Source of the DNA: a virus
Taxonomy: Duplodnaviria; Caudoviricetes
DNA length: 64,000 bases
IMG/VR virus record: IMGVR_UViG_2882674194_000007
Span: 32,001 to 96,000 of that record
Reading direction: 5' to 3' (one strand)
Shown here: positions 29,252-39,561 of the stretch, piece after piece
How the letters are laid out: the number at the start of each line of letters is the position of its first letter
Position numbering within the stretch: the stretch's first letter is position 1
Notes under the pieces: generated by a model
What the model saw: only the letters and a program-made list of their open reading frames with translations
Told to the model about the DNA's origin: nothing
Database searches by the model: none
Position numbers and translations under genes: made by a program

Positions 29252-29578
29252 ATGAGATATACAGAAAGCATTGAAGTTTGTGATGTATGTGGAAAAAGAT
29301 TTTTTGGTTCATCAATAAATATTCATGGTTCATATGATTATATTAATCATACAAATTTTTCAAATAATATAGGAACATTATTTGCTTGGACTAAAGAACT
29401 TTCTGGAAGTGAAAGAGTAGATGCAATCGTAGAAGAATTTTTTAATGACGATGAGCAAATTAGTAAGGAGGATGCTATTGAATTTTTAGAATGCTTTAAA
29501 CACTATAATTATCCTGATAGACAGTTATTAAATGAAGTGTTTAAGAAAATACAAGATAGAATTGATAATATGGATTGA
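29252..29578 (+). CDS. Hypothetical protein
   Basis: Bounded by motifs at 29212 and 29576. Confidence 0.7.
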   Translation: MRYTESIEVCDVCGKRFFGSSINIHGSYDYINHTNFSNNIGTLFAWTKELSGSERVDAIVEEFFNDDEQISKEDAIEFLECFKHYNYPDRQLLNEVFKKIQDRIDNMD

Positions 29579-29644
29579 AATGATTGTTCTATTTGGAAGT
29601 TGATAAAAATATATAATATGAAAAATGGGAAAGAAGGGAAAATA

Positions 29645-30193
29645 ATGGTTGAAGTTATTCAGAATCCAGGCGCAGAAAAGAGTTTTGGGAGTATAGAATT
29701 GGCAGAAAATAATATTAAAAAATTTATTGAAGATTCAGGAATTTATTTTGAATATGAATATAGTGGTCAGAGATTAAACGGAAGATTTGTATTTAATCTT
29801 ATTCATAAAAATATATCCTATGAAATAGGAATGGTGGGAGAAAATATTGAGTCTGTAAGATATATTGATGGGTATACACAAAATATTTGGGATTATCCTA
29901 GATTATATGTCAATGGAAATTCTTATGTATGGTTGTATGCCTTGAAAAATGTTACAGGAGAAACAGAAAAAGAATTATTATTTAGGCTTGGAGTCAATTA
30001 TGATAGAGTATGCAAATTCCAGAAAGTATTGCAAATTGCAAAAGAATGTGGTGCTTGTCCTAAAAGTAAAATGAGTTTTAATGAAATAAAGAAAAAAGTA
30101 GTGGCAGATGAACAAGCGTTGTATAATTATTGTGTTTCAGAATTTCCATGTGAATCCAATAAGTGTGAAATGGATCTTTATTTATTAAAATAA
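29645..30193 (+). CDS. Hypothetical protein
   Basis: Long co-oriented ORF. Confidence 0.7.
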   Translation: MVEVIQNPGAEKSFGSIELAENNIKKFIEDSGIYFEYEYSGQRLNGRFVFNLIHKNISYEIGMVGENIESVRYIDGYTQNIWDYPRLYVNGNSYVWLYALKNVTGETEKELLFRLGVNYDRVCKFQKVLQIAKECGACPKSKMSFNEIKKKVVADEQALYNYCVSEFPCESNKCEMDLYLLK

Positions 30194-30274
30194 AATATTC
30201 ATATAATAGTAATTTGTGTGTGGTTAGAAGGCATTAGTTATAGGAATTAATGCCTTTTATAGTACACACAGATA

Positions 30275-30292
30275 GCAACTATTTATAGTTGC
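30275..30292. promoter_or_regulatory. Palindromic operator upstream of hicAB
   Basis: GCAACTAT-TT-ATAGTTGC. Confidence 0.6.
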
Positions 30293-30337
30293 ATATTTTC
30301 TCGCAGAGTGGTATATTATATCTAAAGGAGAAATGTC

Positions 30338-30589
30338 ATGAGTAAGAAAGATAAATTGATAGATAGATTACTGAAGAAACCGAAAGACTTTACTTTTGAT
30401 GAAATGGAATCCTTGCTGTCATATTTTGGGTATGAATTAAAACAGGGTGGAACTGGGTCGGGAGTAAAATTTATAAAAGATGGAAGTAATGAAGCAATAA
30501 ACTTCCATAAACCGCATCCAAGTGGAATATTAAAGAGGTATGTGTTGGATCAGGTAATAGAGAAATTAAGAAAGGATGGTTCGCTATGA
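30338..30589 (+). CDS. hicA: HicA toxin
   Basis: GTGSGVKF...FHKPHP...LKRY. Confidence 0.88.
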   Translation: MSKKDKLIDRLLKKPKDFTFDEMESLLSYFGYELKQGGTGSGVKFIKDGSNEAINFHKPHPSGILKRYVLDQVIEKLRKDGSL

Positions 30590-30921
30590 GTAATTTGTTA
30601 TCATATAAGAATTACAACGGTACAGTAGAGTATTCAAAAGAAGATAGTTGCCTTTTCGGAAAGGTAGTTGGAATAAAATCTTTATTGTCTTATGAAGGAA
30701 ATTCTGTACAGGAATTAGAACAAGATTTTCAGAATGTGATTGATGAATACTTAGAGGACTGTAAGGAACGGAATGTAGAGCCTGAACAGCCTTACAAGGG
30801 AACATTTAATGTCAGGATCAGTCCAGAACTTCATCGGAATATTGCCGTATATGCTATTGAACACGGTAAGAGTCTAAATGCTGCTGTTGAGGAAGCTATT
30901 GGAAATATGGTTAGAGCGTAG
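30586..30921 (+). CDS. hicB: HicB antitoxin
   Basis: YKNYNGTVEYS...YKGTFNVRISPELHR...SLN. Confidence 0.92.
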   Translation: MSNLLSYKNYNGTVEYSKEDSCLFGKVVGIKSLLSYEGNSVQELEQDFQNVIDEYLEDCKERNVEPEQPYKGTFNVRISPELHRNIAVYAIEHGKSLNAAVEEAIGNMVRA

Positions 30922-30932
30922 GGAGGTTCTTT

Positions 30933-31229
30933 ATGGAACAATATGAATATGATGATGTATTTTGTGTTGATTGTAATGGATATAGAAGACAAATATTAGC
31001 TGGGGAAAACATATATGATGGAATGTTGAGATACATTTGTACAGAATGTGGATGTGAAAACAACGTAGAAGATAAAGAATATAAAAATATGATTGATACC
31101 TTGAAAAATATTGGAGAAAAAGGTATGTCAGAAAGCAATATTTCTTTAACAGAATATTCTGAAATGCTAAAAGTGTTATGTAATAAATATGGAGAGGAAA
31201 AAGTTAAAAAAGATTTAGGAATGAAATAA
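30933..31229 (+). CDS. Zinc-ribbon hypothetical protein
   Basis: CVDC...CTECG. Confidence 0.7.
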   Translation: MEQYEYDDVFCVDCNGYRRQILAGENIYDGMLRYICTECGCENNVEDKEYKNMIDTLKNIGEKGMSESNISLTEYSEMLKVLCNKYGEEKVKKDLGMK

Positions 31230-31304
31230 TAGTTTTAACTGATGAAACGTATATTTAGTTGCAAAATGGATATATCTATGGTAAAGTGTAAAAGAGGTGA
31301 TATT

Positions 31305-31775
31305 ATGGCAGAAAAAATGTTTAAAATAGAAAATAACCAAAAGGTTTGGAATTTCTTCTTTGAAAGTGCAATGGAGGAATGGGATGCTGAGAATAAAGAA
31401 AAACTAGAAGCAATTATTTGGACAGACAAAGAAAAAGAGTTATATAGTCAGAAGACACATGGAGATATATCTCCACAAAATATTACTCCTTATAGATATG
31501 AAAGTAAAAAGAGAAGAATGTGCCTACAACAATATAAACCTATTGTTTTGGAATTTGAGGAATTTGTTAATAAATCTTTTGATGAAATTACGGCAGATGA
31601 TATTGATAAATTTTCTGGTGTTACAAGTAAGAAAAATAAACTCAATCATCTTAATGCATTCTTGTTAAGTGGAATTAAAAGTGGGATAATAAAGAATACA
31701 AATAAAGATTTTTTGATTAGTTTGTTACCAGATCTATATAGAGAAATTGGAAGAAAAATAGCAGAAATTGAATAG
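31305..31775 (+). CDS. Hypothetical protein, possibly a stand-alone integrase core-binding (SAM-like) domain
   Basis: EFEEFVNKSFDEITADDIDKF...KNKLNHLNAFL resembles integrase N-terminal domains. Confidence 0.45.
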   Translation: MAEKMFKIENNQKVWNFFFESAMEEWDAENKEKLEAIIWTDKEKELYSQKTHGDISPQNITPYRYESKKRRMCLQQYKPIVLEFEEFVNKSFDEITADDIDKFSGVTSKKNKLNHLNAFLLSGIKSGIIKNTNKDFLISLLPDLYREIGRKIAEIE

Positions 31776-31783
31776 AGGACAGG

Positions 31784-32176
31784 ATGGAAAAGAGAAATAT
31801 TATAAGAGATAAATGGATGGGGAAACATACAAAAGAGTTTTATAAAACATATTGGGTAGATAGAGGAAAATATCAAGAGAATAATAATAGAATCAAGAAA
31901 CTTCTTAAAGGGTCTTCTTCTGGATATAGTGAAAACAAATATATAAATCTATTTATTGCAACATGGAAAGTTTATTATTATATCCACAATACCTATGCTT
32001 ATGGCAGAAAACCTGTTGATAATGGTGAATTTAGTAATGAATTTGAAATGTTTAATAATTTACGTATAGAATTTGATTTCAAAGAAGCAGTTCAATCTTT
32101 TGTATATTTGGAAAATTTTATGGATAGAGTAATTGAGTTTCTTATGGATAAAGATTTGGATTGCGAAGCCAATTAA
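31784..32176 (+). CDS. Hypothetical protein
   Basis: RBS; stop overlaps motif. Confidence 0.7.
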   Translation: MEKRNIIRDKWMGKHTKEFYKTYWVDRGKYQENNNRIKKLLKGSSSGYSENKYINLFIATWKVYYYIHNTYAYGRKPVDNGEFSNEFEMFNNLRIEFDFKEAVQSFVYLENFMDRVIEFLMDKDLDCEAN

Positions 32177-32208
32177 ATCTAAGTTTTAAGTTATATGGAG
32201 GATGCAGA

Positions 32209-32736
32209 ATGAAATATTATTTGTTTAATTATGATGATGTGAGTATGATGTATCATGATCGCGTTGTCCCTAAAGAAGAGATTATATGTGAATTTGAATT
32301 TAATGGATTTACTTATTTTTTAAGCGATAAAGAAATTATTAATGTGAGTGCTACTCAACGGAGAAAATGCATTGAACAATTTTCAAAATGGATAAGACAA
32401 TTTAATTTGAATAGAAAATATATTTTAAGATATAGTGATATTTGGCTATATGAGAGAGATTGTTATGAATTATTATCAGATTATTTAACTTGGGAAGCGA
32501 ATAAGAATGGGGAGACTTATGCTGAAGTTATTTGCAAATCGGATAATTTGAAGGAAACTATTAATGAAATAATAAAATCTTTAGCAAAAGAGCGATTAGA
32601 TGTACAGAGTAGGGATTTAATTATTGAAATAGAAAAAGGAATGAATGAAGATAAACTTGATGTTGAAAAAATAAGGGAAGAGGTACAGGAAGTAACCCAA
32701 AAAATTTATAATAAAACTTTTGAATGGATTGATTAG
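32209..32736 (+). CDS. Hypothetical protein
   Basis: GGAGG RBS; between motifs at 32173 and 32741. Confidence 0.7.
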   Translation: MKYYLFNYDDVSMMYHDRVVPKEEIICEFEFNGFTYFLSDKEIINVSATQRRKCIEQFSKWIRQFNLNRKYILRYSDIWLYERDCYELLSDYLTWEANKNGETYAEVICKSDNLKETINEIIKSLAKERLDVQSRDLIIEIEKGMNEDKLDVEKIREEVQEVTQKIYNKTFEWID

Positions 32737-32774
32737 GCAATAAAATTAGATATTTAAGGAAGGGATGAGGATAA

Positions 32775-33119
32775 ATGGATAAAGAACAATTTATCAAATG
32801 GAGAGAAAATGGTGGGAAAATTTATAAATATGTATATGAGGTCGAAGCAGGAAAAGAAGATTTAAGAAAAAGCGAATGTGAAGTAGACGCAGTTTATGAA
32901 GACGGGTTTAAAACGTTCGGCTTTGGATATCATATCCCATTTGATTGCTTTGAAAAATGGAGAATGCAACATTGGAGTTCAAATTCATATGAATATTTTA
33001 TCTTCTTGACTAATGAACAGAACATATATGATTATTTGGGAGAAATAAAAAAATGTATTGCTGAAGGACTTCAAAAAGAAATAAGGGATTTGCAAAAATC
33101 ATTGGCATTAGTTGTATAA
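32775..33119 (+). CDS. Hypothetical protein
   Basis: RBS; co-oriented. Confidence 0.7.
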   Translation: MDKEQFIKWRENGGKIYKYVYEVEAGKEDLRKSECEVDAVYEDGFKTFGFGYHIPFDCFEKWRMQHWSSNSYEYFIFLTNEQNIYDYLGEIKKCIAEGLQKEIRDLQKSLALVV

Positions 33120-33232
33120 TCAGCACGACAATGTGATATTTAACTAAATACATTAAGGTAGTAAAGCATTTGGAATTAAAATCCAGATGCTTTTTATTAT
33201 ATAAAAAATTACATATTTAAGGAGGTTTTAGT

Positions 33233-34162
33233 ATGAGCGCAGTAGTAGCAATGAATGAGGAAACAAGGAGGATGGAACAATTTAATGACATAGTGGCAAA
33301 TATCAAGCCACTTATGACTGTTGGAAAAGGTAAGAATCAAAGAGTGATTACAGGTAGTGCTGTAGTTCCTTTGTCTCTATGCTTTGTGGACGCCAGATAT
33401 CAAGGGATGAGGACACATAAACATTTAAACAGATTGAGAAACAAATGGGATGAGAGGAAACTAACACCGATAATTCTTGTATGGCATCTGGAGGAACATA
33501 GATTTGCTATTGTGGATGGACAGGGAAGATTCATTATTGCAGGAGAAAAAGGAATAGATAGATTAAATGCAATTATTCTTATGGATGCTCCTGAAGATCC
33601 AGATGAACGTCTAAAATTTGAAGCTGAATACTTTATCGGACAGGATTCGGAAGTGGAAAATGTCAAACCACTTGAAAAGCATCTTTCAAGAGTGATTATT
33701 GGAGACAGTGCTGCCGTTTCTCTGGATAAACTTTTAAACAAATATGGAATCAAATTTGTGGCAACAAAGGGAAACAGAGAGGAATCTGTACTTGGAAGTT
33801 ATACAGATACATATTCAATTGTAATAGTCCATGGAGAAAAATGCCTGGACTTTATTTTTTCTATTATCGACAACGCTGGATGGAATAAGGAAACAAACGG
33901 ATATGCAACCTTTGTAATGAGAGCGTTGAGAGAAGTATGGATTGCTCATCCAAATGATAGGAAAGAAATACATAGGTTTTTATCAAAGGAATTGAGACAG
34001 ATTGATCCTGCCTTATTCAGTGCAGAAGCAAAATCGAAATATCCAAAACGTGATCATAGAGTGTCCTGTGTTCTCTATGTGGAAGATTTGGTATGTGATG
34101 GACTTGGAATAGAGAAGAAGATATATGTAGAGAACGGGAAGAAAGTTAAAATCTCAGAATGA
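33233..34162 (+). CDS. ParB/Srx-fold protein (DUF6551-like)
   Basis: VDARYQ...PIILV...FAIVDGQGR. Confidence 0.75.
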   Translation: MSAVVAMNEETRRMEQFNDIVANIKPLMTVGKGKNQRVITGSAVVPLSLCFVDARYQGMRTHKHLNRLRNKWDERKLTPIILVWHLEEHRFAIVDGQGRFIIAGEKGIDRLNAIILMDAPEDPDERLKFEAEYFIGQDSEVENVKPLEKHLSRVIIGDSAAVSLDKLLNKYGIKFVATKGNREESVLGSYTDTYSIVIVHGEKCLDFIFSIIDNAGWNKETNGYATFVMRALREVWIAHPNDRKEIHRFLSKELRQIDPALFSAEAKSKYPKRDHRVSCVLYVEDLVCDGLGIEKKIYVENGKKVKISE

Positions 34163-34185
34163 TTTGATGAAATGGAGGAAATGTC

Positions 34186-35223
34186 ATGAAGATTATTAAA
34201 GGTGCGGATCGTGGAAGAACAGAGTGGACGGCACGGAAACTTGTTGAATTAGTGGAAGATGGAACAGTAAATTTCAACATTGATATTCAAAGGGGTTATG
34301 TGTGGAAAGATAATGACAAGAGATCTGCTTTGATTCGCTCTTTGATATTGGATAGACATGTTCCTCCTCTGTATTTCAATAAAGTAGAAGATGTTTACGA
34401 GGGAGAAGATGGCAAGCAGAGAACCTTAACTATCATCAAATTCTTAAAAGATGAATTTGAATTGAGCGGACTTGAGGAATTTACAGTAATAAATGATGAA
34501 GGGGAAACAGAAGAAATTGACATCAACGGGTACAAGTTTAGTGATCTTCCTGAATGTTTCCAGAACGCTATTAAGGAGTATTCATTCACAATTTGCTATA
34601 CGGACAATGCGGATCAGGAAGAACAGGCGGATACATTCTATAATCTGAATAATGGTCAGGCATTAAACGCTGCTACGATGAACCGTGTAAAGGCGAAATC
34701 AAAGGAACAGATTATCAATCTTGGGAAGCATAAGCTGTTTGCTGATGCTTTAAGTCAGACAGCTTTAGATGGACATGTGAATGAAGATATGGTGGCCAAA
34801 GCACATGCAATTCTTAATGATAAGGAAGTTTCTACGGATGCCAAGTGGATTCGTCCATATATGAGAAAGGCAGATATTACAAAAGATGATGAACTTCTTT
34901 TAACAGAAGTATTTGATCGTATTTACAATATTCATACCATGATAGAGGATAAGAAAATTGCAAAAAGGATTTATGCCAGAACACATATGATTAGTATTGT
35001 GCCGATTGTTGCAGAGTCGCTTAATGAAGGATATTCAGACAAACAGATGATGGAGTGGTTTGTAAATTTCTTTAGTGGAAAGAAATCTGCCACAACTTCT
35101 AAGGCGTATAATGATGCTGCTGGACGTGGAACAGGGAAGAATTCTGCTGTTATGAAGAGGGTGGAGGAAATTAAGAAGGATTATGATAAATATTTTGGAA
35201 GTGTAAAGACTTTAGCAAGTTAA
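34186..35223 (+). CDS. DUF262 (ParB/GmrS-like) domain protein
   Basis: IQRGYVW, DGKQR, FYNLNNG. Confidence 0.85.
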   Translation: MKIIKGADRGRTEWTARKLVELVEDGTVNFNIDIQRGYVWKDNDKRSALIRSLILDRHVPPLYFNKVEDVYEGEDGKQRTLTIIKFLKDEFELSGLEEFTVINDEGETEEIDINGYKFSDLPECFQNAIKEYSFTICYTDNADQEEQADTFYNLNNGQALNAATMNRVKAKSKEQIINLGKHKLFADALSQTALDGHVNEDMVAKAHAILNDKEVSTDAKWIRPYMRKADITKDDELLLTEVFDRIYNIHTMIEDKKIAKRIYARTHMISIVPIVAESLNEGYSDKQMMEWFVNFFSGKKSATTSKAYNDAAGRGTGKNSAVMKRVEEIKKDYDKYFGSVKTLAS

Positions 35224-35318
35224 TTTGTATATTCCACGCTGTATATGTGTTGGATCGTGCTCTATACTTCTTCACGAAAAAGAGAAGTAGTTTATATAAA
35301 ATGATTGGAGGAAATAAA

Positions 35319-35636
35319 ATGAAACAGAAAAAGAAACAATATGTAATTAAAGAAGCATATACGGATAATTACCATGTTTTACAGTATATTGATGGAAAAT
35401 TGGAAGGACATAATATTGTATCCTATTATGAATTAGATGGATATATTGCCGCTTTGAAAAATATGGGGTATATTCGGGCATATTACGAAAGAGAATATCA
35501 TGTAAAAATGCTGAGAGCGAAGGAAGATTATGAGTTTGCTCTTGCAGATTATGAAAAGGCAAAAGAAAGTCCGTTGAACCTATCAGATGAAGAAATTGAG
35601 AGATATAGGCGAATTACACATAGTGATGATGAGTAA
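35319..35636 (+). CDS. Hypothetical protein
   Basis: GGAGG RBS. Confidence 0.7.
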   Translation: MKQKKKQYVIKEAYTDNYHVLQYIDGKLEGHNIVSYYELDGYIAALKNMGYIRAYYEREYHVKMLRAKEDYEFALADYEKAKESPLNLSDEEIERYRRITHSDDE

Positions 35637-35750
35637 TGTGTACTTGAAATCATCGTTTCAACTTGTGATACATAGTTGCACAGAATATTGTACAAAATAT
35701 TGACAAAACTATGAATATGACATATACTATATTCAAAGGAGAGTGATTGT

Positions 35751-36002
35751 ATGATAGCAACAAATTTTTCAAATGTAAGGAATAACTTCAAAGAAGTTTG
35801 CGATCGGGTTGTACATGATTCTGATATCGCAATAATTACGAGAAAAAACGATGAAAATGTTGTGCTTATGTCTCAGGCACAGTATGATAATCTGATGGAA
35901 AATCTTCATATAAGGGAAAGTAAAGCGAATTATGAGTGGTTGAAAGAGTCTATCAAGCAAGCTGAAGATGGAAAACTTGTAAATTTTGATGTGGAGGATT
36001 AG
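35751..36002 (+). CDS. yefM: YefM/Phd antitoxin
   Basis: NFSNVRNNFKEVCDRV...IITRKNDENVVLMS; TGTACA upstream. Confidence 0.92.
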   Translation: MIATNFSNVRNNFKEVCDRVVHDSDIAIITRKNDENVVLMSQAQYDNLMENLHIRESKANYEWLKESIKQAEDGKLVNFDVED

Positions 36003-36005
36003 TCT

Positions 36006-36260
36006 ATGAATGTATCTTTCACGGAAAATGCTTGGGATGATTATCTTTATTGGCAGAAGATGGACAAGAAAATTGTAAAAAGAATAAATGAATTGATTAA
36101 AGATATAAAGAGAAATCCATTTGATGGACTTGGAAAGCCAGAACCGCTAAAATATGATTTAGCTGGAAAGTGGAGTAGAAGAATAACGGATGAACATAGA
36201 TTAGTTTATCAGGTGGAAGGAAACAATTTAATAGTGTATACTTGCAGATATCATTATTGA
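36006..36260 (+). CDS. yoeB: Txe/YoeB toxin
   Basis: AWDDYLYWQ...GKPEPLKYDLAGKWSRRITDEHRLVY...CRYHY. Confidence 0.95.
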   Translation: MNVSFTENAWDDYLYWQKMDKKIVKRINELIKDIKRNPFDGLGKPEPLKYDLAGKWSRRITDEHRLVYQVEGNNLIVYTCRYHY

Positions 36261-36366
36261 TAATTTAGAGTGGTCTGAGAAGCATTGACGGGAATCGTTA
36301 GTGCTTTTCTGTTTTAAATGTAGAAATAATATGTAGAAGAAAAATTTGAAAGAAGGGATTTAAAAT

Positions 36367-37227
36367 ATGGGAAATAAAACAAAACAAACAGGTAAGACAG
36401 AGGTATATCCATTTTGGTATATGAAAGATATCAAAAATATGATGGATTATTTTAAAATGAAAGGGCAGTGGCACTGGTATTTAGTGTTTAATTTTGGCTT
36501 GCTTCTTGGAAGACGTATAAGCGATACACTTTATTTAAAATGGTCTGATTTTTATTATGAGAATGGAAGAATGAAGGATGAAACAGATATTGTTGAATGG
36601 AAAACAGGAAAGACTGTTAGATTGTATATTTGTCCAGCTTGTCAAGAAGCATTGAAATTATATATTGATAAAACCGGCACAGACCCGATGGATAATTATA
36701 ACGATTTTGTTTATGGAACTGCTCAAATGTCACAGTTGTTAGAAAATAAAGAAGAGTATCCTGAAGAAAATTGGAAGGAACTAATGATGAAAGCAATACA
36801 AAGTCATGCTGCAGCATTTAGAAAACAGTTTAAGTTAGCGGCAGATGCCTGTAATATACAATATGCGACTTCGACTCATAGTCTTAGGAAAAATTTTGGA
36901 TACTGGTCAGTTAAACTTCATCCATATGATGTGACAACTGTAGACAAATTGCAAGGGATATTTTCACATTCTGATCGCAATACAACTCTTCACTATATCG
37001 GAATTTCAAGAGAAGATGAAAAGAAATTATATTGTGATATGGGAGATTTTATTACTGATATTTCTAATGGGAAGAAACCGATAATCAAGAATAGCCCTGT
37101 AATCCCTTTAAAGGCAGAGGATTTCAGAGAAATTCTTAGTAAGTGTTGGGATATGGCGCAGAATGGAGAAGATAAGTTTGACGGGATTAATAATCTGATT
37201 GGTATGGCAGAAAAATGTATGGTATAA
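36367..37227 (+). CDS. Tyrosine recombinase (catalytic domain, short N-terminus)
   Basis: RISD, KTGK, HSLRK, FSHS, TLHYIG: full R-K-H-R-H-Y set. Confidence 0.9.
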   Translation: MGNKTKQTGKTEVYPFWYMKDIKNMMDYFKMKGQWHWYLVFNFGLLLGRRISDTLYLKWSDFYYENGRMKDETDIVEWKTGKTVRLYICPACQEALKLYIDKTGTDPMDNYNDFVYGTAQMSQLLENKEEYPEENWKELMMKAIQSHAAAFRKQFKLAADACNIQYATSTHSLRKNFGYWSVKLHPYDVTTVDKLQGIFSHSDRNTTLHYIGISREDEKKLYCDMGDFITDISNGKKPIIKNSPVIPLKAEDFREILSKCWDMAQNGEDKFDGINNLIGMAEKCMV

Positions 37228-37246
37228 TGTTGGAGGATAATTTGAC

Positions 37247-37810
37247 TTGTTAAGAGCAATAGAATTTACGGATAAACGTTTTAAAAAGGAAGAGGATTAT
37301 AATTTATTTAGTCCAATATCAAACAATTGTATTATTTTATGCAATAACTATAAATTGATGGATTCTCTTGCAAAAGAAATATTAGATACAGTCAATGGGA
37401 ATGCAGAGTATAATGTTTATGATTGTGATGATAAGGATATTGGAAATGCAAAAATGTGGTTGTCTTTCGGATTACAGAGAGTGATTGATATAAATGGTCA
37501 GAGAATTACATTATCGCTGGAACCGGCAATCATATATAAAGCTAATGATATAGAAGATATATGGTTGTTTTGCTATAGCGGAACAGATGAAATTGAAACA
37601 TTACCACCATATCAAGAATATATTTATCCTGTGTGCATCTTTAAAGGAAGTCGGAAGGTATGGGAAGATGGTAAAGATGAAGTTTATAAGATGATTTGTA
37701 ATGGAAGATATGGAACATATGATGGTAAATGGATTGATTTACATGGTGATCATTGGGAAGATGAAACTCATAATTGTATATCAAAAGTAAATATGCAATT
37801 AAATGATTGA
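37247..37810 (+). CDS. Hypothetical protein
   Basis: GGAGG RBS, 187 aa. Confidence 0.7.
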   Translation: MLRAIEFTDKRFKKEEDYNLFSPISNNCIILCNNYKLMDSLAKEILDTVNGNAEYNVYDCDDKDIGNAKMWLSFGLQRVIDINGQRITLSLEPAIIYKANDIEDIWLFCYSGTDEIETLPPYQEYIYPVCIFKGSRKVWEDGKDEVYKMICNGRYGTYDGKWIDLHGDHWEDETHNCISKVNMQLND

Positions 37811-37828
37811 TTTTATTAGAACGGAGGA

Positions 37829-38356
37829 TTGAATATGAAATTTACAGATATACCTCAATTACTTACAAATAAGGCAAACTATAAAGTTGATGTTGGATTT
37901 AAATATTTTAGCAAAACAATAAATCAGTATATAGAAGAATATGGTCTGATTTTGAATCCAGAATTCCAACGTGGACATGTATGGACAGAAGAACAACAGG
38001 AGAAGTACATAGAATATGTTTTAAAGGGTGGTACTTCTGGTAAGGAAATATTTTTCAATAAACCAAGCTGGCATTGTAAGGCAAAGACAGAATATGATGA
38101 TTTTGTCTGTGTTGATGGATTGCAGAGAATTACAGCAATTATGAAGTTTCAATCGAATGATTTGAAGGTATTTGGGATATATTATGATGAATTTGAAGGA
38201 GATCCAAGAGAAGTTACGACAAGAATATCGATACGGATTAATGATTTACAGTATGAGAAGGATGTGCTGCAATGGTATATTGAAATGAATGAGGGTGGTA
38301 CTCCGCATACAAAAGAAGAAATACAGAAGGTTAAAGATATGGTTTCTAAATTGTAA
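37829..38356 (+). CDS. Short DUF262 domain protein
   Basis: PEFQRGHVW, VDGLQR, MNEGGTPH. Confidence 0.85.
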   Translation: MNMKFTDIPQLLTNKANYKVDVGFKYFSKTINQYIEEYGLILNPEFQRGHVWTEEQQEKYIEYVLKGGTSGKEIFFNKPSWHCKAKTEYDDFVCVDGLQRITAIMKFQSNDLKVFGIYYDEFEGDPREVTTRISIRINDLQYEKDVLQWYIEMNEGGTPHTKEEIQKVKDMVSKL

Positions 38357-38386
38357 TTGATTGTGTCAAAGAAGGAGAGAAAATTT

Positions 38387-39061
38387 ATGGCAAATTTATT
38401 TGAAAACAAGGATAAACATGATAGTTATGGTATGTTACAGTTTAGTAGGTCTTCTGGTGGAGCAAAATCATTATTTGGAAGCTCCATTCAACATAGAGAT
38501 ACTATAACGATGTATTTAAGAGAAGGAGAAGTTTCCAGAGAACTTAATAGAGATTTTTATTTTGGTGGAGATAGGATTATTGAGTGCGAAATGAGTTATT
38601 CACAATTCGCAGAAGCAATTACATCTATGAATATGGGAACTGGCGTACCTGTTACAATCAAATATATTAAGGGTAAGGGACATATTGAAGAATGTCCATT
38701 TATTGATAAGAAAAAACAATATGAAGAAGAGTTTAAAAATATTCTTGACGAAACAAATAAACAGGCAAATGATTTATTAGAGTCAGTGAGGCAGATGTTT
38801 GAAGAGAAAAAGTCTTTTACTAAGAAGAATAAGGAAGAAATTTTAGAAAAATTAAATCATCTTAGTATGGAGATGAACGGAAACAGAGAGTTTATTTATA
38901 AGCAATTTAATGAGCAAATGGATAAGACAACGTTGGAAGCAAAAGGAGAGATTGAGGCATTTATGCAAAATAAAATCAATTCTGTTGCAAACGCAGCTTT
39001 AGTAGAACATCGAGATGATATTCTAAAGTTGGAAAACCCTGTTGATATAAAAACAGAATAA
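38387..39061 (+). CDS. Hypothetical phage protein (coiled-coil C-terminus)
   Basis: AAGGAG RBS, 224 aa. Confidence 0.75.
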   Translation: MANLFENKDKHDSYGMLQFSRSSGGAKSLFGSSIQHRDTITMYLREGEVSRELNRDFYFGGDRIIECEMSYSQFAEAITSMNMGTGVPVTIKYIKGKGHIEECPFIDKKKQYEEEFKNILDETNKQANDLLESVRQMFEEKKSFTKKNKEEILEKLNHLSMEMNGNREFIYKQFNEQMDKTTLEAKGEIEAFMQNKINSVANAALVEHRDDILKLENPVDIKTE

Positions 39062-39094
39062 ACAGTTGAATACTTGATTTTATTGGAGGTTTTA

Positions 39095-39544
39095 ATGGAA
39101 GATAATTATACTGGCGATATGATTCTGATAGATAGATTATCAGAATTTTATCCTGTTAATAGTTGGTCATGGAATGAAGGCGAGGTTGTAGAACTTGATG
39201 ACATTGCTTGTGCAATTCATGAAGGACATCCAGAGGAATCAGAGCCGTTTGGTGATACATGGAAACATCCTTGTATGGAGAATAAATCTACTGAGTGGCA
39301 TATAGGAAGGATTTTATATTTTATAAAACATCCAGAGGAAATTAGAGATATAGAGGTTGATAATCTATACAGTGGAGATTATATTTTCCCTGTACCTTCA
39401 ATCATTGATGGAAACCATAGATTCATGGCAGCTATGTGGTTACAGGATCAAGGAAAGATGGGAAAAGTTCATTGTAGATATGGTGGTAGAATGGATTTGT
39501 TGGATTATCTGGTTGGGAAAACGGATGTGTGTCCCGATGAATAA
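39095..39544 (+). CDS. ParB-like domain protein
   Basis: IEVDN...IIDGNHRFMAA. Confidence 0.65.
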   Translation: MEDNYTGDMILIDRLSEFYPVNSWSWNEGEVVELDDIACAIHEGHPEESEPFGDTWKHPCMENKSTEWHIGRILYFIKHPEEIRDIEVDNLYSGDYIFPVPSIIDGNHRFMAAMWLQDQGKMGKVHCRYGGRMDLLDYLVGKTDVCPDE

Positions 39545-39561
39545 ATAGGTAAGGTGATGAT

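Noticed and set aside
36367-37227. Prophage boundary at the recombinase
   Set aside because: Phage-like genes continue on both sides, and no host genes or att duplication are visible.
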